Positions 8,410 to 16,674 are shown, counted from the first letter of the stretch. The stretch is DNA of 46,454 nt from Candidatus Doudnabacteria bacterium (GCA_023246055.1 JAHFJD010000002.1:1-46454); one strand, 5' to 3'. Made by a program: numbers and translations. Notes: generated from the letters alone by a model not told the origin.

Positions 8410-9603
8410 ATGCTTGAGCAATTTACAAGACCCAAAAAACAATCCCCGATCGGTACTTACCGCGTGGATGTAGTGTCGTTGCCCGAAGAACTGGACTTTC
8501 CAGCTGACTTGCCTGTGGAAATCCAATACATTCTCAAACAGCACCCAGAGTACCGCGCGCAAATTCACAAAATTTTAAGCGACGGTAAAGCCATCGGCGT
8601 ACGTACGGTCCGCCGCTCGCCGGAAAATATTTTACAAGCAGTGCACACTATAAGCGTCCATAGTCAGGGTAACTACATCATCACCTGGCTGCCTGAACTC
8701 TTGCGCAGCAAACATCGCCCGGTGTTTTTGCGCGAAGACCTCGAGGCTGTTCAAAGCCGCGGGGAAAATCTGGAAGATGCAGTGCAAACTATCCTGCGCG
8801 ATCGTTTGCGGTTCAAAAAATTGGTGCTCATCGACGAGGAAAATATCGGCATCAAACCCGAAGATCAACGGCTGATGAGTGAGCTTTCCGAAATCATTTA
8901 CCCTCTGGCGATCAATTATTCTGTGTTCCGGGTTGTGGCAGACAATGCCCGGGAGCGCACCAAAATCGCCCGAGTCATAGTCAAAGCCCTGCTCGTAATC
9001 GGTCCGATTGCGCATATCCTGGAAAAGATTGCTGTCGGTATCGGCAAAATTTTTGCGGCCTCCGCAGACGATTTGCTAGGAGAAGTAGCTGAACTTTCTG
9101 CATTGCGCGGCAGCGGATTTTCCTGGCGCGAGCTCGCTCGCCGCTCGCGCATTTTGATTCCTGTGTTTATGCTGGCGACCTACGGCGCTTATTCGGTCGA
9201 GGAATTGCTAGAGCGTGGCCAAATCGTCACCGCTGGCATTGTGTTCGGGCTCTCGGCCGTCGCTCTTTCTCTGACCACCGCGATCCAGTCCATGTTTATG
9301 TATCTGAACAATCTCAAACGCATCTCGGCCCAAGGCAAAGTCAAGCTTACCCGCAACACTTCTCTCCTGCGCCTGGCGCTGCGGCAGGATTTCACCAACC
9401 CCGCCCGGCTCGGCCTGCTGCTCGGGGCGGCCATGGCGCCTTTTATAGGCATACTGGGCGCGCTTTCGGGGCTCATGCATAACGGCTGGGTCCTCGCCGC
9501 TATTGGCTCCACAGAATCAATCATCGCTGGTGTCACCGTAATTTTAGCCGACTATTTAAGCGAATGGCGCTTCCACCGCTCTTTAAAAAAACTCATCCGT
9601 TAA
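8410..9603 (+). CDS. Hypothetical membrane protein (397 aa)
   Basis: Long ORF with a soluble N-terminal half and several hydrophobic helices in the C-terminal half. No obvious SD; the start abuts the PE-4 arm. Confidence 0.6.
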   Translation: MLEQFTRPKKQSPIGTYRVDVVSLPEELDFPADLPVEIQYILKQHPEYRAQIHKILSDGKAIGVRTVRRSPENILQAVHTISVHSQGNYIITWLPELLRSKHRPVFLREDLEAVQSRGENLEDAVQTILRDRLRFKKLVLIDEENIGIKPEDQRLMSELSEIIYPLAINYSVFRVVADNARERTKIARVIVKALLVIGPIAHILEKIAVGIGKIFAASADDLLGEVAELSALRGSGFSWRELARRSRILIPVFMLATYGAYSVEELLERGQIVTAGIVFGLSAVALSLTTAIQSMFMYLNNLKRISAQGKVKLTRNTSLLRLALRQDFTNPARLGLLLGAAMAPFIGILGALSGLMHNGWVLAAIGSTESIIAGVTVILADYLSEWRFHRSLKKLIR

Positions 9604-9668
9604 GAAAAATACCGACAGATTTCATGATCATGAAATCTGTCGGTAAGGAGGAAAAACTGTTCCAGGAT

Positions 9669-10460
9669 TCAACTGAATTCCAAAATCATTGGCAAATGAT
9701 CAGAGGCCAGGACATACGGTACCTGAAAATTGCGAATCTCGATGCTAGACGATACCAAAACATAATCTGCAAAATAGTCGTTGAAAATTTTTAGATCCGC
9801 ATAAAGTTCGTTGCGAGTCGTTTTTATCCCAAATTCTTTTATCAAATTCCGCATTTTGGTTTCCAAAATTGCCATGCTCTTGGTATCCGGTCGCAGGTTA
9901 AAATCGCCGCAGAGGATCACATCTCCAGTTTGTTTATTTAGGAAATCTAATATTTTTTCTGACTGGGCAATCCGCTCGGGGGTGTCGGTTTTTGGCGCGC
10001 GAACCCAATACCCATGAACGTTGCCAATGGTTAGAGACAAGTCCTCGAGCCCGATTTTCAAATACTGCACGTTTCGCCCCATAGAACGGGCGTCATTCTG
10101 CTCGGCGGTGCGCATATTGCGGCGCCCGTAAGCATAAAATTCACCTACATCCTCAACCTTCATTCCTTTCCTGACAAAAATCGCCAGCCCGTAAGCAATC
10201 GGAAAATCCACAAAACCGTCAAAGGTCCATCCATCCTGGCAAGGAGCAAAGTACGAATCAAAATTCGACAATGCCTCTCGAAATTCCTCGAGCATGTTCA
10301 CGCGGCAGATCCTCGCTGTGCCGAAAGTTTTAAAGTCAGTGGTTGTATCAAACACCTCCTGAAAACAAAAAATATCCGTGTCTTTAGCTTCGGATCGGAC
10401 AAATTCCATGAGCGCGTCAAACTGCATTCCGCCCCAGATGTTGAGTGACACGAGCTTCAT
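9669..10460 (-). CDS. Endonuclease/exonuclease/phosphatase (EEP) family protein
   Basis: Motifs SLNIWGG, FCFQEV, CGDFN and SDHLP. Confidence 0.85.
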   Translation of the reverse strand: MKLVSLNIWGGMQFDALMEFVRSEAKDTDIFCFQEVFDTTTDFKTFGTARICRVNMLEEFREALSNFDSYFAPCQDGWTFDGFVDFPIAYGLAIFVRKGMKVEDVGEFYAYGRRNMRTAEQNDARSMGRNVQYLKIGLEDLSLTIGNVHGYWVRAPKTDTPERIAQSEKILDFLNKQTGDVILCGDFNLRPDTKSMAILETKMRNLIKEFGIKTTRNELYADLKIFNDYFADYVLVSSSIEIRNFQVPYVLASDHLPMILEFS

Positions 10461-10463
10461 GGT

Positions 10464-11666
10464 TTAAAATGTCGAATAATAAGATACAGTGGTCTGATCA
10501 CAGGTGTCTTTGATCGACTGCTCGTCGAGCACGCTACAAAGCTGCTTGGCTCGGGCATCGTCATGCAGGTAAGAGATAAAATCTTTGACCGCACCAATTA
10601 TGCAATTGGTGCGCTGATCGAGGTTTTTGCCAAGGCCGCAGTTATGCTTCGTTTGCTCCACATTGCTCAAACTCCGCCCGGAAACATCGCGGCCCAGGCT
10701 TTGATAACAAGTATTGCGATGATTCTCCTCGACAGTAGAGCAAAGCTCAAATACGCGCGCAAAATCTCCGTTCGTGACTTTGAGCATGTAGCTCGTTTGC
10801 ATGAGGTAACAGGTACTTTTATACTGCTCCGCTACCGCATCGCAGGGATAGAGCGGGTCCTCTGGCTTGAGATATTTTGCATAGTGGTATTTGGTATCAA
10901 AAATGACATTCTCCATGAACGCGCCGCTCCAGCATGACGAGCGCTCCCACGAATCGGTAACTTTGTCACAAACCTCGAGAGATTTGAACAATTCATCATC
11001 ATAAATTGCCATGACGCCGTGTCCGAGTCCATGCACGCAGTTGTAATGATCGAAAGAATATCGTTCGGTGGCCGCTAGGGAGGCGCAAATCTCATTCATC
11101 TGTGACTCCAGTTTGGAGAGTCCAATCCGGCCGATGATTCCTTCTAGCACGCCGTGGTAATATCCGGACCAGCAAAAACTATCACCTTGCTTGTAGGCCT
11201 CAGCCACGTCCGCAAATTTTTTGGCGGCTTCATTGCCGATGACATGCGTGAGCGGATGACATTGCGACTGAACATAATCATTACCATTGTACCGCTCGCG
11301 CAAATCCGCGAGAGCTGCAGCAATCCCCACCCCTTTAACGACGGCAACGTAATAGCTCTGGTAGCAATCAAAATCCGACTGCTTGTCTCCGGTGCAAATG
11401 GACTGAACACTCACCGCCTCGTCTCCCCCACTCTGGAGGGAGAAATCTACCTGCTTTTCCCCTCCCCCTTGTGGGGAGGGGTTGAGGGAGGGGGTTGTCC
11501 CTGACGCAACCTCCCGATTCTCCGCAAAAGTTTGATTTACAAAATCCTGCACTGTGTTCGGCTCCCCTCCTTGTGAGGAGGGTTTAGGCGAGGACTTCAG
11601 TAAAAAAAATAATCCTGCCGCAGCGACAACAATAATAAAAATTGAAAAAAATATCTTTAGTTTCAT
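10464..11666 (-). CDS. Secreted or membrane-anchored Cys-rich hypothetical protein
   Basis: N-terminal TM/signal (IFFSIFIIVVAAAGLFFLL). Repeated C..G.GHG-like motifs. The N-terminal linker is built from three PE-1 copies. Confidence 0.65.
   Translation of the reverse strand: MKLKIFFSIFIIVVAAAGLFFLLKSSPKPSSQGGEPNTVQDFVNQTFAENREVASGTTPSLNPSPQGGGEKQVDFSLQSGGDEAVSVQSICTGDKQSDFDCYQSYYVAVVKGVGIAAALADLRERYNGNDYVQSQCHPLTHVIGNEAAKKFADVAEAYKQGDSFCWSGYYHGVLEGIIGRIGLSKLESQMNEICASLAATERYSFDHYNCVHGLGHGVMAIYDDELFKSLEVCDKVTDSWERSSCWSGAFMENVIFDTKYHYAKYLKPEDPLYPCDAVAEQYKSTCYLMQTSYMLKVTNGDFARVFELCSTVEENHRNTCYQSLGRDVSGRSLSNVEQTKHNCGLGKNLDQRTNCIIGAVKDFISYLHDDARAKQLCSVLDEQSIKDTCDQTTVSYYSTF
11423..11495. repeat. 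Two adjacent PE-1 elements inside CDS 10464-11666
   Basis: tctccc..gggaga and cccctccccc-ttgt-ggggagggg-ttgagggagggggt. They translate in-frame as SPQGGGEKQVDFSLQSGG. Confidence 0.75.
11561..11593. repeat. PE-1 element inside CDS 10464-11666
   Basis: gctcccctcc-ttgt-gaggaggg-tttaggcgagg, translated as PKPSSQGGEP. Confidence 0.75.
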
Positions 11667-11684
11667 TGTTTAAATTTTTCTAAA

Positions 11685-11755
11685 TCGGGCTGCCGAGAAT
11701 CGAACTCGGACTACATGCACCCCATGCATGCGTACTACCACTATACTACAGCCCG
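11685..11755 (-). tRNA. tRNA-Pro (anticodon GGG)
   Basis: Hand-folded cloverleaf: acceptor CGGGCTG/CAGCCCG with C1-G72; anticodon stem CATGC/GCATG; loop ATGGGGT; T-arm CCGAG-TTCGATT-CTCGG. No encoded CCA. Confidence 0.85.
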
Positions 11756-11762
11756 CCGAATT

Positions 11763-11795
11763 GCCCCCCTTGACGGGAGGGTTAAAGGGTGGGTG
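11763..11795. repeat. PE-1 element (intergenic)
   Basis: gcccccc-ttgac-gggaggg-ttaaagggtgggtg. Confidence 0.7.
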
Positions 11796-11914
11796 AATAA
11801 ATTTTATCATTTATTTTGAAATAAAAAAAGAGTGCGGCCATACAACTCTTGGAATGATCCAAAAATTGTAATGGTCGCACAGGCGTCAATGAACGCTCAT
11901 TGTGTTTCGAGGGG

Positions 11915-12443
11915 TTAGATCTCCGCCACCGCCGGTTTGCCGATGGTGCCGGTGTTCTTGCTTTGACTGTCCTCTTCAAGGTTTACCTGGCGAATATAAT
12001 TCGCGCGTGCTTTAATTTTCGCCAAGGCTTTCCTCAACCTACGTGCCGTATCTAACCCATGAGCAGATTCGAAGTCGTGGATATCCTCTTGTAAATTTGC
12101 AATTCCGGTTTCTGTGTTTCGGAGCCGCCGTTTTCTCTTGGACCGCCCCAAATTTCGTATCGCCTTCTTTTCGGCTTCAGTGATGTCGACCGCGTGTTCC
12201 ATTGTACTTCTGCTCCCCTTGTTATCGCGCGAAATAACTTCGATCCGTTTCCTCTTCTCGTGCACGAACGGCATCGTCCGATGGTCCATCTCGTTTTCGA
12301 TAAAACGCAGATTTTTGCACTATCAGCGCGCCCTCGAGCACATCTCTTGTTTCTGGCCGCAGATTCGGCCGTTGGAGTTTCTTCTGAATGCTCGCGATGT
12401 CCCTCAATGTCCTATCTGTACTGCCTTCTGGTACGTACTCCAT
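11915..12443 (-). pseudogene. Two overlapping basic/coiled-coil ORFs (73 aa and 124 aa) in different frames; possibly one frameshifted gene
   Basis: ORFs 12222-12443 and 11915-12289 overlap by 68 nt. They are Lys/Arg-rich with no recognisable family, and lie between tRNA-Pro and a tRNA-like gene. Confidence 0.3.
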
Positions 12444-12563
12444 TTTCTATATCGCTCCTAAAAACAAAAGTTGTGATGCTTATTTTAGCCTCGGCTAATG
12501 CCAGGCCGCCTCGTTCTCGAAACTCGAATTTTTCCTCCTTTTTGGGGTGAGATGTACTGCTAG

Positions 12564-12634
12564 TCGATGGGGTAGGATTTGAACCTACGACTTTCAGCTC
12601 AATGCTGTCCTCTACCAGGCTGAGGTACCCACCG
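12564..12634 (-). tRNA. tRNA-like gene with a truncated, non-canonical anticodon arm (isotype unassignable)
   Basis: Acceptor CGGTGGG/CCCATCG, D-arm CCTC-AGCCTGGTA-GAGG and T-arm GTAGG-TTCAAAT-CCTAC are all intact. Only 19 nt (CAGCATTGAGCTGAAAGTC) sit where anticodon arm plus variable loop need 21-22. Confidence 0.45.
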
Positions 12635-12840
12635 GTACTTTATAAACCAAAATTCCGCCTTTTTAAGCGGAACTTGGTCGTTTGCTGCGAGTAGATTATT
12701 TTTGATCTATCACACAAGTTGCCGCTCAAAATTTGCCTTAAAGTAAATCAGCCGAAGATAACGCGGCTCACAGACTTCAGTAAACTTTGGCATAAATTTG
12801 TGCATTCTTACCAAAAATTAATCTTACTGCTGATACTACC

Positions 12841-12955
12841 TTATCCGTAGATTGGTTGTCAACACCGGCTTATTCACAGGGAGCTTGCCCTGCGGCGTCC
12901 GCTAAATCAGCGCACTGCGCGTGTGGGACACGTGTCTTTTCACAAGTTGTCCACA
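12841..12955. promoter_or_regulatory. Cluster of DnaA-box-like 9-mers plus a CACGTG-centred palindrome (candidate oriC/parS region)
   Basis: TTATCCGTA (12841), TTATTCACA (12870), TTGTCCACA (12947), and palindrome GACACGTGTC (12927-12936). They lie in a 339-bp noncoding region next to parB. Confidence 0.3.
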
Positions 12956-12978
12956 GGTAATTAACCGGTAATTCAATT

Positions 12979-13962
12979 CTAAGTTATCTTCCCCACAATG
13001 TTATTCAATTCCTCGTCAGAAAAAAACTCAATGGTGATTTTTCCGCTGCCTCTGGGGCCTTTGTTCACCTGAACTCGCGTTCCCAATTTGCCACGCAAAA
13101 GGTTCTCAAGCGAAGTCAAAAACGGGTCTGGAGTGAACATTTCTGCAACTTTGATCTTGCGCTGCGTGATTTCGCGAACCTTTGCTTCAATCTCCCTGAC
13201 CTTCATACCGCCTGCTAAAACCATTCTGAACATCTCAAGCATTTCATCACTATTGCGCAGCGTCAAAAGGGGCCTCGCTTGCCCTTCAGCGATCTTGCCC
13301 TCAATCAGTGCGCGCTGAATTTCAACCGGCAGATTGAGGAGGCGTAACAGGTTGGAGACTGTCGAAGGATTCTTGCCGACCTTTACCGCGATCTCGTTGA
13401 CCTTGAGATTGAATTCTTTTTGCAACCGCTCATAAGCCTTGGCCTCCTCAATCGGGTTGAGATCCGCGCGCTGCACATTTTCAATGAGTGCGATTTCGAG
13501 CTTTGCCTCGGAATTGATTTTTGGGGAAAGTAGAGCTGGAATTTTGGTGAGTCCCGCGAGCTTGGCTGCCCGAAATCTACGCTCTCCCACCAAGATCTCA
13601 TATTTACCAACACCCTGCTCGGTCACAACAAGCGGCTGGATAATCCCGTGGACTTTTATAGAATCTGCGAGCTCCCGCAGCTTCTCTGGATCAAAAATAC
13701 GCCGCGGTTGAAATTCGTTTGGTACAATATCGTTTAAATCTATTAGCGCGAGGGCTTGCCCGTCATGAGGAGAACGAAATCTCGCCTGCGGATCGGATTT
13801 CACTGTCGAGTGCAGTATAACATTGTTTCCGGAGGCAACCTCATCTCTTTTCCCCTCCTCATGAGGAGGGGTCGGGGAGGTCGTGGCCTCCAAATCCTCC
13901 TTGTCCCCCGAATCGTCAGCAAAGGAGGAAAAATTCCCGAGTTTAAAGACATCATCGTTCAT
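12979..13962 (-). CDS. parB: Chromosome partitioning protein ParB/Spo0J
   Basis: ParB-box GERRFRAAKLAG and HTH NEIAVKVGKNPSTVSNLLRLL. The N-terminal tail carries a PE-1 element. Confidence 0.9.
   Translation of the reverse strand: MNDDVFKLGNFSSFADDSGDKEDLEATTSPTPPHEEGKRDEVASGNNVILHSTVKSDPQARFRSPHDGQALALIDLNDIVPNEFQPRRIFDPEKLRELADSIKVHGIIQPLVVTEQGVGKYEILVGERRFRAAKLAGLTKIPALLSPKINSEAKLEIALIENVQRADLNPIEEAKAYERLQKEFNLKVNEIAVKVGKNPSTVSNLLRLLNLPVEIQRALIEGKIAEGQARPLLTLRNSDEMLEMFRMVLAGGMKVREIEAKVREITQRKIKVAEMFTPDPFLTSLENLLRGKLGTRVQVNKGPRGSGKITIEFFSDEELNNIVGKIT
13848..13881. repeat. PE-1 element inside parB
   Basis: cccctcc-tcat-gaggagggg-tcggggaggt, translated in-frame as TSPTPPHEEGK. Confidence 0.8.
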
Positions 13963-14042
13963 GCTTGAAATCTAACAAAATCACGATAGTTGCGCAAACA
14001 CGACCACAAGAGATATAATGCCAGTCTGCAAAAGGAGGCCGA

Positions 14043-14423
14043 ATGAAGATCAAAACACAAGAAATCAGAATCGGCAGGAAGCAAGTGTATGTCGTTGATT
14101 GTGATGGCGAACTGACAACAGGAATGCCGTGCTTGTTGTTGAACGAGGCTGTCAGTTCGATCTTGGAAAACGGAGGACGTAGAATTCTGATAAATCTAGA
14201 AAAAGTCTCGGCACTCGGCTTTTCTGGCCGTCAAGCTTTGTCAGATGTCTACGTCGCAGCTAGGAACGGGAATGCTCTGCTGCGCGTCGCCTGCGCTCAA
14301 AAGGATCTCTTCCACGAGCTAGAGGTGCATAATCTCAGGCCAATCCTGGTGACTCCTGGTTCTCTCGAGGAAGCCGTGAATGCAGTAGCTTTTTCTCGGC
14401 ATCGCAAACGCAAAACCGCGTAG
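14043..14423 (+). CDS. STAS-domain protein (anti-sigma-factor antagonist-like)
   Basis: 126-aa ORF after AAGGAGG. RILINLEKVSALGFSGRQAL resembles the SpoIIAA/STAS core. Confidence 0.55.
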   Translation: MKIKTQEIRIGRKQVYVVDCDGELTTGMPCLLLNEAVSSILENGGRRILINLEKVSALGFSGRQALSDVYVAARNGNALLRVACAQKDLFHELEVHNLRPILVTPGSLEEAVNAVAFSRHRKRKTA

Positions 14424-14550
14424 CACAGCTCGAAAAATATCTCACGCTTCACACCCCCGGCGCCAGTCCTAAAAACCTCGCGCCGTTTTTTATCATCAAT
14501 CCACTGCAAATGATTAATGTTTGATCGATTGATTTGTAGATGCATTGAAT

Positions 14551-14587
14551 ATTACCAAAATATACGCAATTGCGTAGAAAAAGGTAA
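14551..14587. promoter_or_regulatory. 37-bp nested palindrome, copy A (downstream of gene 14607-15299)
   Basis: ATTACCaaaatatACGCAATTGCGTagaaaaaGGTAA. It is near-identical to 15319-15355. Confidence 0.7.
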
Positions 14588-14606
14588 AATATAAAAAAAC
14601 TGCTGA

Positions 14607-15299
14607 TTAAATAATTTTTTGCTTCCTAAAAAACTTTACCATTTTCTCTTCATCGTCTCGATCAAGTCTATTAATCTCCATGATTGTTACAAACCTTTCG
14701 ATGTGATAAACCCTCACAATCCAGTCTATCTCAAGTCGAGGATCATGAGGATAGAACCACAATGTCCGCTGCAGGGGATAAAAGTTCATCTCCTTCAGCT
14801 TGCGGCGCAAAGCGTCCGCAGCGGTCTTGTGTTCTTTAGTGGGTATGTCGGCTGCCACCTGCCACCACTTTTTGTCCCACTTTTTTGGTTTTTCCACACG
14901 CATGGTCCTAAATTGCATGCTTTTGATTTTTTTTCTGGCCAGGGCAGTCACATAAATCTTAAAATCTCCGACAGTAGGTCGCATGCCGATCAAGCCTTTA
15001 TGTTTTAGATAATAAAAAGACCGAACCACCTTGTTCTTCACTTCTTTCTGCGAATATCTCTTACCTTTTCTGGAAAAAAGTTTACCATAAGCCGCAAATA
15101 TATTCGGTGTCACAGCCGATAGAGCAATCATCCCAGCAGCCATCAAAATTACCAAAGCTATACCCCCGGCAGTTTTAACCGCCTCAATCTGTTCATTCGT
15201 CAAGGTTGGCTTTTTGTCTTTTGGTGCAGCAGATCGAACAATTTCACTGATTGTATTTTTTTGATATCCCATTAGGTCGTTCTTGTTTATTTTCTCCAC
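14607..15299 (-). CDS. Membrane-anchored protein with a PaaX-C/Cas2-fold-like domain
   Basis: One TM helix (GGIALVILMAAGMIALSAV). WDKKWWQVAADIPTKEHKTAADALRRKLKEMNFYPLQRTLWFYP resembles the PaaX C-terminal/Cas2-like pattern. Assignment is from memory. Confidence 0.5.
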   Translation of the reverse strand: MEKINKNDLMGYQKNTISEIVRSAAPKDKKPTLTNEQIEAVKTAGGIALVILMAAGMIALSAVTPNIFAAYGKLFSRKGKRYSQKEVKNKVVRSFYYLKHKGLIGMRPTVGDFKIYVTALARKKIKSMQFRTMRVEKPKKWDKKWWQVAADIPTKEHKTAADALRRKLKEMNFYPLQRTLWFYPHDPRLEIDWIVRVYHIERFVTIMEINRLDRDDEEKMVKFFRKQKII

Positions 15300-15318
15300 T
15301 TCGAATATTATTATACAA

Positions 15319-15355
15319 AATTACCAAAATATACGCAATTGCGTCAGAAAAGGTA
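15319..15355. promoter_or_regulatory. 37-bp nested palindrome, copy B (upstream of gene 14607-15299)
   Basis: ATTACCaaaatatACGCAATTGCGTcagaaaaGGTAA, 20 nt upstream of the ATG at 15299. Confidence 0.7.
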
Positions 15356-15362
15356 ATGTTAA

Positions 15363-15421
15363 TCTTGCAACAAAAAAAGGATGGAGGTTGCGGTCGCTTG
15401 CGGCGAGGCAACATTCCATCC
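15363..15421 (-). terminator. Rho-independent terminator, paralogous to 16182-16239
   Basis: Minus strand reads GGGATGGAATGTTGCCTCGCCGCAAGCGACCGCAACCTCCATCC followed by a T7 run. Confidence 0.8.
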
Positions 15422-15490
15422 CGCATAAACAAAATCCCAAAGCAGCCTTAGATCTTTTCAACAACGCATCACCTTACCTGTGCTTCTCTG

Positions 15491-16102
15491 CTACGAGAGT
15501 TTGCGAACCATTTCTCCAATAAATCCATCGTATACTCCTCCGCTCCGGTAGCGAGCAGATGCGAGCGCGTACGCTGCGACTACTGCTTCCGCTTTTCCCG
15601 CAAGTCTTTCCACCAACTCCTTCCGGTTCGCCTCCCCACCACGAAGGCAGTCGAGAACAGCCTCCCAATCATTGGGGTCGCAAATGGCATACCGTTGACC
15701 CTTGGCTGCAGCCCGCAGCAGGGTCGGACCGCCGATGTCAGTGCTTTCGATGACTGATTCCAACGTCGAACCTGCTTTGGCAATTTCCGCGGTGAGCGGA
15801 TACATGTCGACCCACACGAGATCGATCCATGGAATCCGATCTCCGAGCTCTGTCAGATCTTCTGGCGTGTCAGTGGCAAGAAGACCGGCATAAATCTCCC
15901 TGGAAAGGGAAACCACTCGATGCCCCAAAATGGGATGCCCGACCATTTCTGCGATGTCTATGACTGAAATTCCTGCGTTCCGAAGCGCTTGGAATGTTCC
16001 ACGAGTCGAGAAAATCGTCCAGCCGTTATTGACGAGTTCTCTTGCTCGTTCCTCCAGACCGTTTTTGTTAAACAAAGTAAACAGCGCATTTCGCTTATTC
16101 AT
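15491..16102 (-). CDS. Stand-alone IMP-cyclohydrolase-like (PurH N-terminal MGS-like) domain protein with a degenerate signature
   Basis: ATG at 16102 after GGAGGAG. It aligns with PurH residues 1-200 (STRGT, DIGGPTLLRAAAK, AAY). The KTLHPxxHGG motif reads VSLSREIYAG. Confidence 0.7.
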   Translation of the reverse strand: MNKRNALFTLFNKNGLEERARELVNNGWTIFSTRGTFQALRNAGISVIDIAEMVGHPILGHRVVSLSREIYAGLLATDTPEDLTELGDRIPWIDLVWVDMYPLTAEIAKAGSTLESVIESTDIGGPTLLRAAAKGQRYAICDPNDWEAVLDCLRGGEANRKELVERLAGKAEAVVAAYALASARYRSGGVYDGFIGEMVRKLS

Positions 16103-16181
16103 TGTCTCCTCCGTTTTTGTGATTTTGACTGCCCTTTCCGCTGATGCGGGAAGTCCTATAGGATAGCAAAAAACCAGCCGT

Positions 16182-16239
16182 CTTGCAACAAAAAAGGATG
16201 GACATTGCGCTCGCCTGCGGCGAGGCAACATTCCATCCC
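16182..16239 (-). terminator. Rho-independent terminator, paralogous to 15363-15421
   Basis: Minus strand reads GGGATGGAATGTTGCCTCGCCGCAGGCGAGCGCAATGTCCATCC followed by a T6 run. Confidence 0.8.
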
Positions 16240-16275
16240 CTTTTCCTTTCTTCTGACGATTCTCCTCCGTGAAAT

Positions 16276-16674
16276 TTATTCGGGGATACCCATGTCTTCC
16301 GAGCGATAAGTATCCAGATCTTTGCCCGTGAGCCGCTCGACCAAATCGAGGTAGTTCTGCGACGTTTTCGCAATCACTTCCTCTGGCCGAGAGAGCCCGC
16401 AGAGAAAAGCAAAATGGGCTGGATCGGCCAAGTCGAGGTTGTTGATCCCGACGATCCGTGAACCTTCCCTTTTTTTCGGATACCTCTTTTCATCAGTTTC
16501 TGTGTAATTGATTTGCAAACTCTTATAGAGGTCAGGTGGAACTGTGACACCGGTAATCTCACCAAGCTCAACTCTCGCGCGGATAACAGCTTCTTCAACT
16601 CTGGCCACCCTTCGCCACTTCGCAGCAGGCGACCACAACTCACCCATTTGCTTCCTTGTGTATCTCTCAATCAT
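16276..16674 (-). CDS. Internally deleted adenylosuccinate-lyase (PurB)-like remnant (132 aa)
   Basis: MIERYTRKQMGELWS...VEEAVIRARVELGEI matches the PurB N-terminus. LSRPEEVIAKTSQNYLDLVERLTG resembles the PurB C-terminus. About 350 aa of catalytic core are absent. Confidence 0.55.
   Translation of the reverse strand: MIERYTRKQMGELWSPAAKWRRVARVEEAVIRARVELGEITGVTVPPDLYKSLQINYTETDEKRYPKKREGSRIVGINNLDLADPAHFAFLCGLSRPEEVIAKTSQNYLDLVERLTGKDLDTYRSEDMGIPE

Noticed and set aside
15244-16231. A repeated peptide MLPRR(K/R)R..PSFF at the start of ORF 15244-15432 and at the N-terminal 43 aa of ORF 15491-16231 hinted at a gene family
   Set aside because: Both peptides come from translating the two paralogous rho-independent terminators (15363-15421, 16182-16239). 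The real PurH-like gene starts at ATG 16102, which has a GGAGGAG SD.
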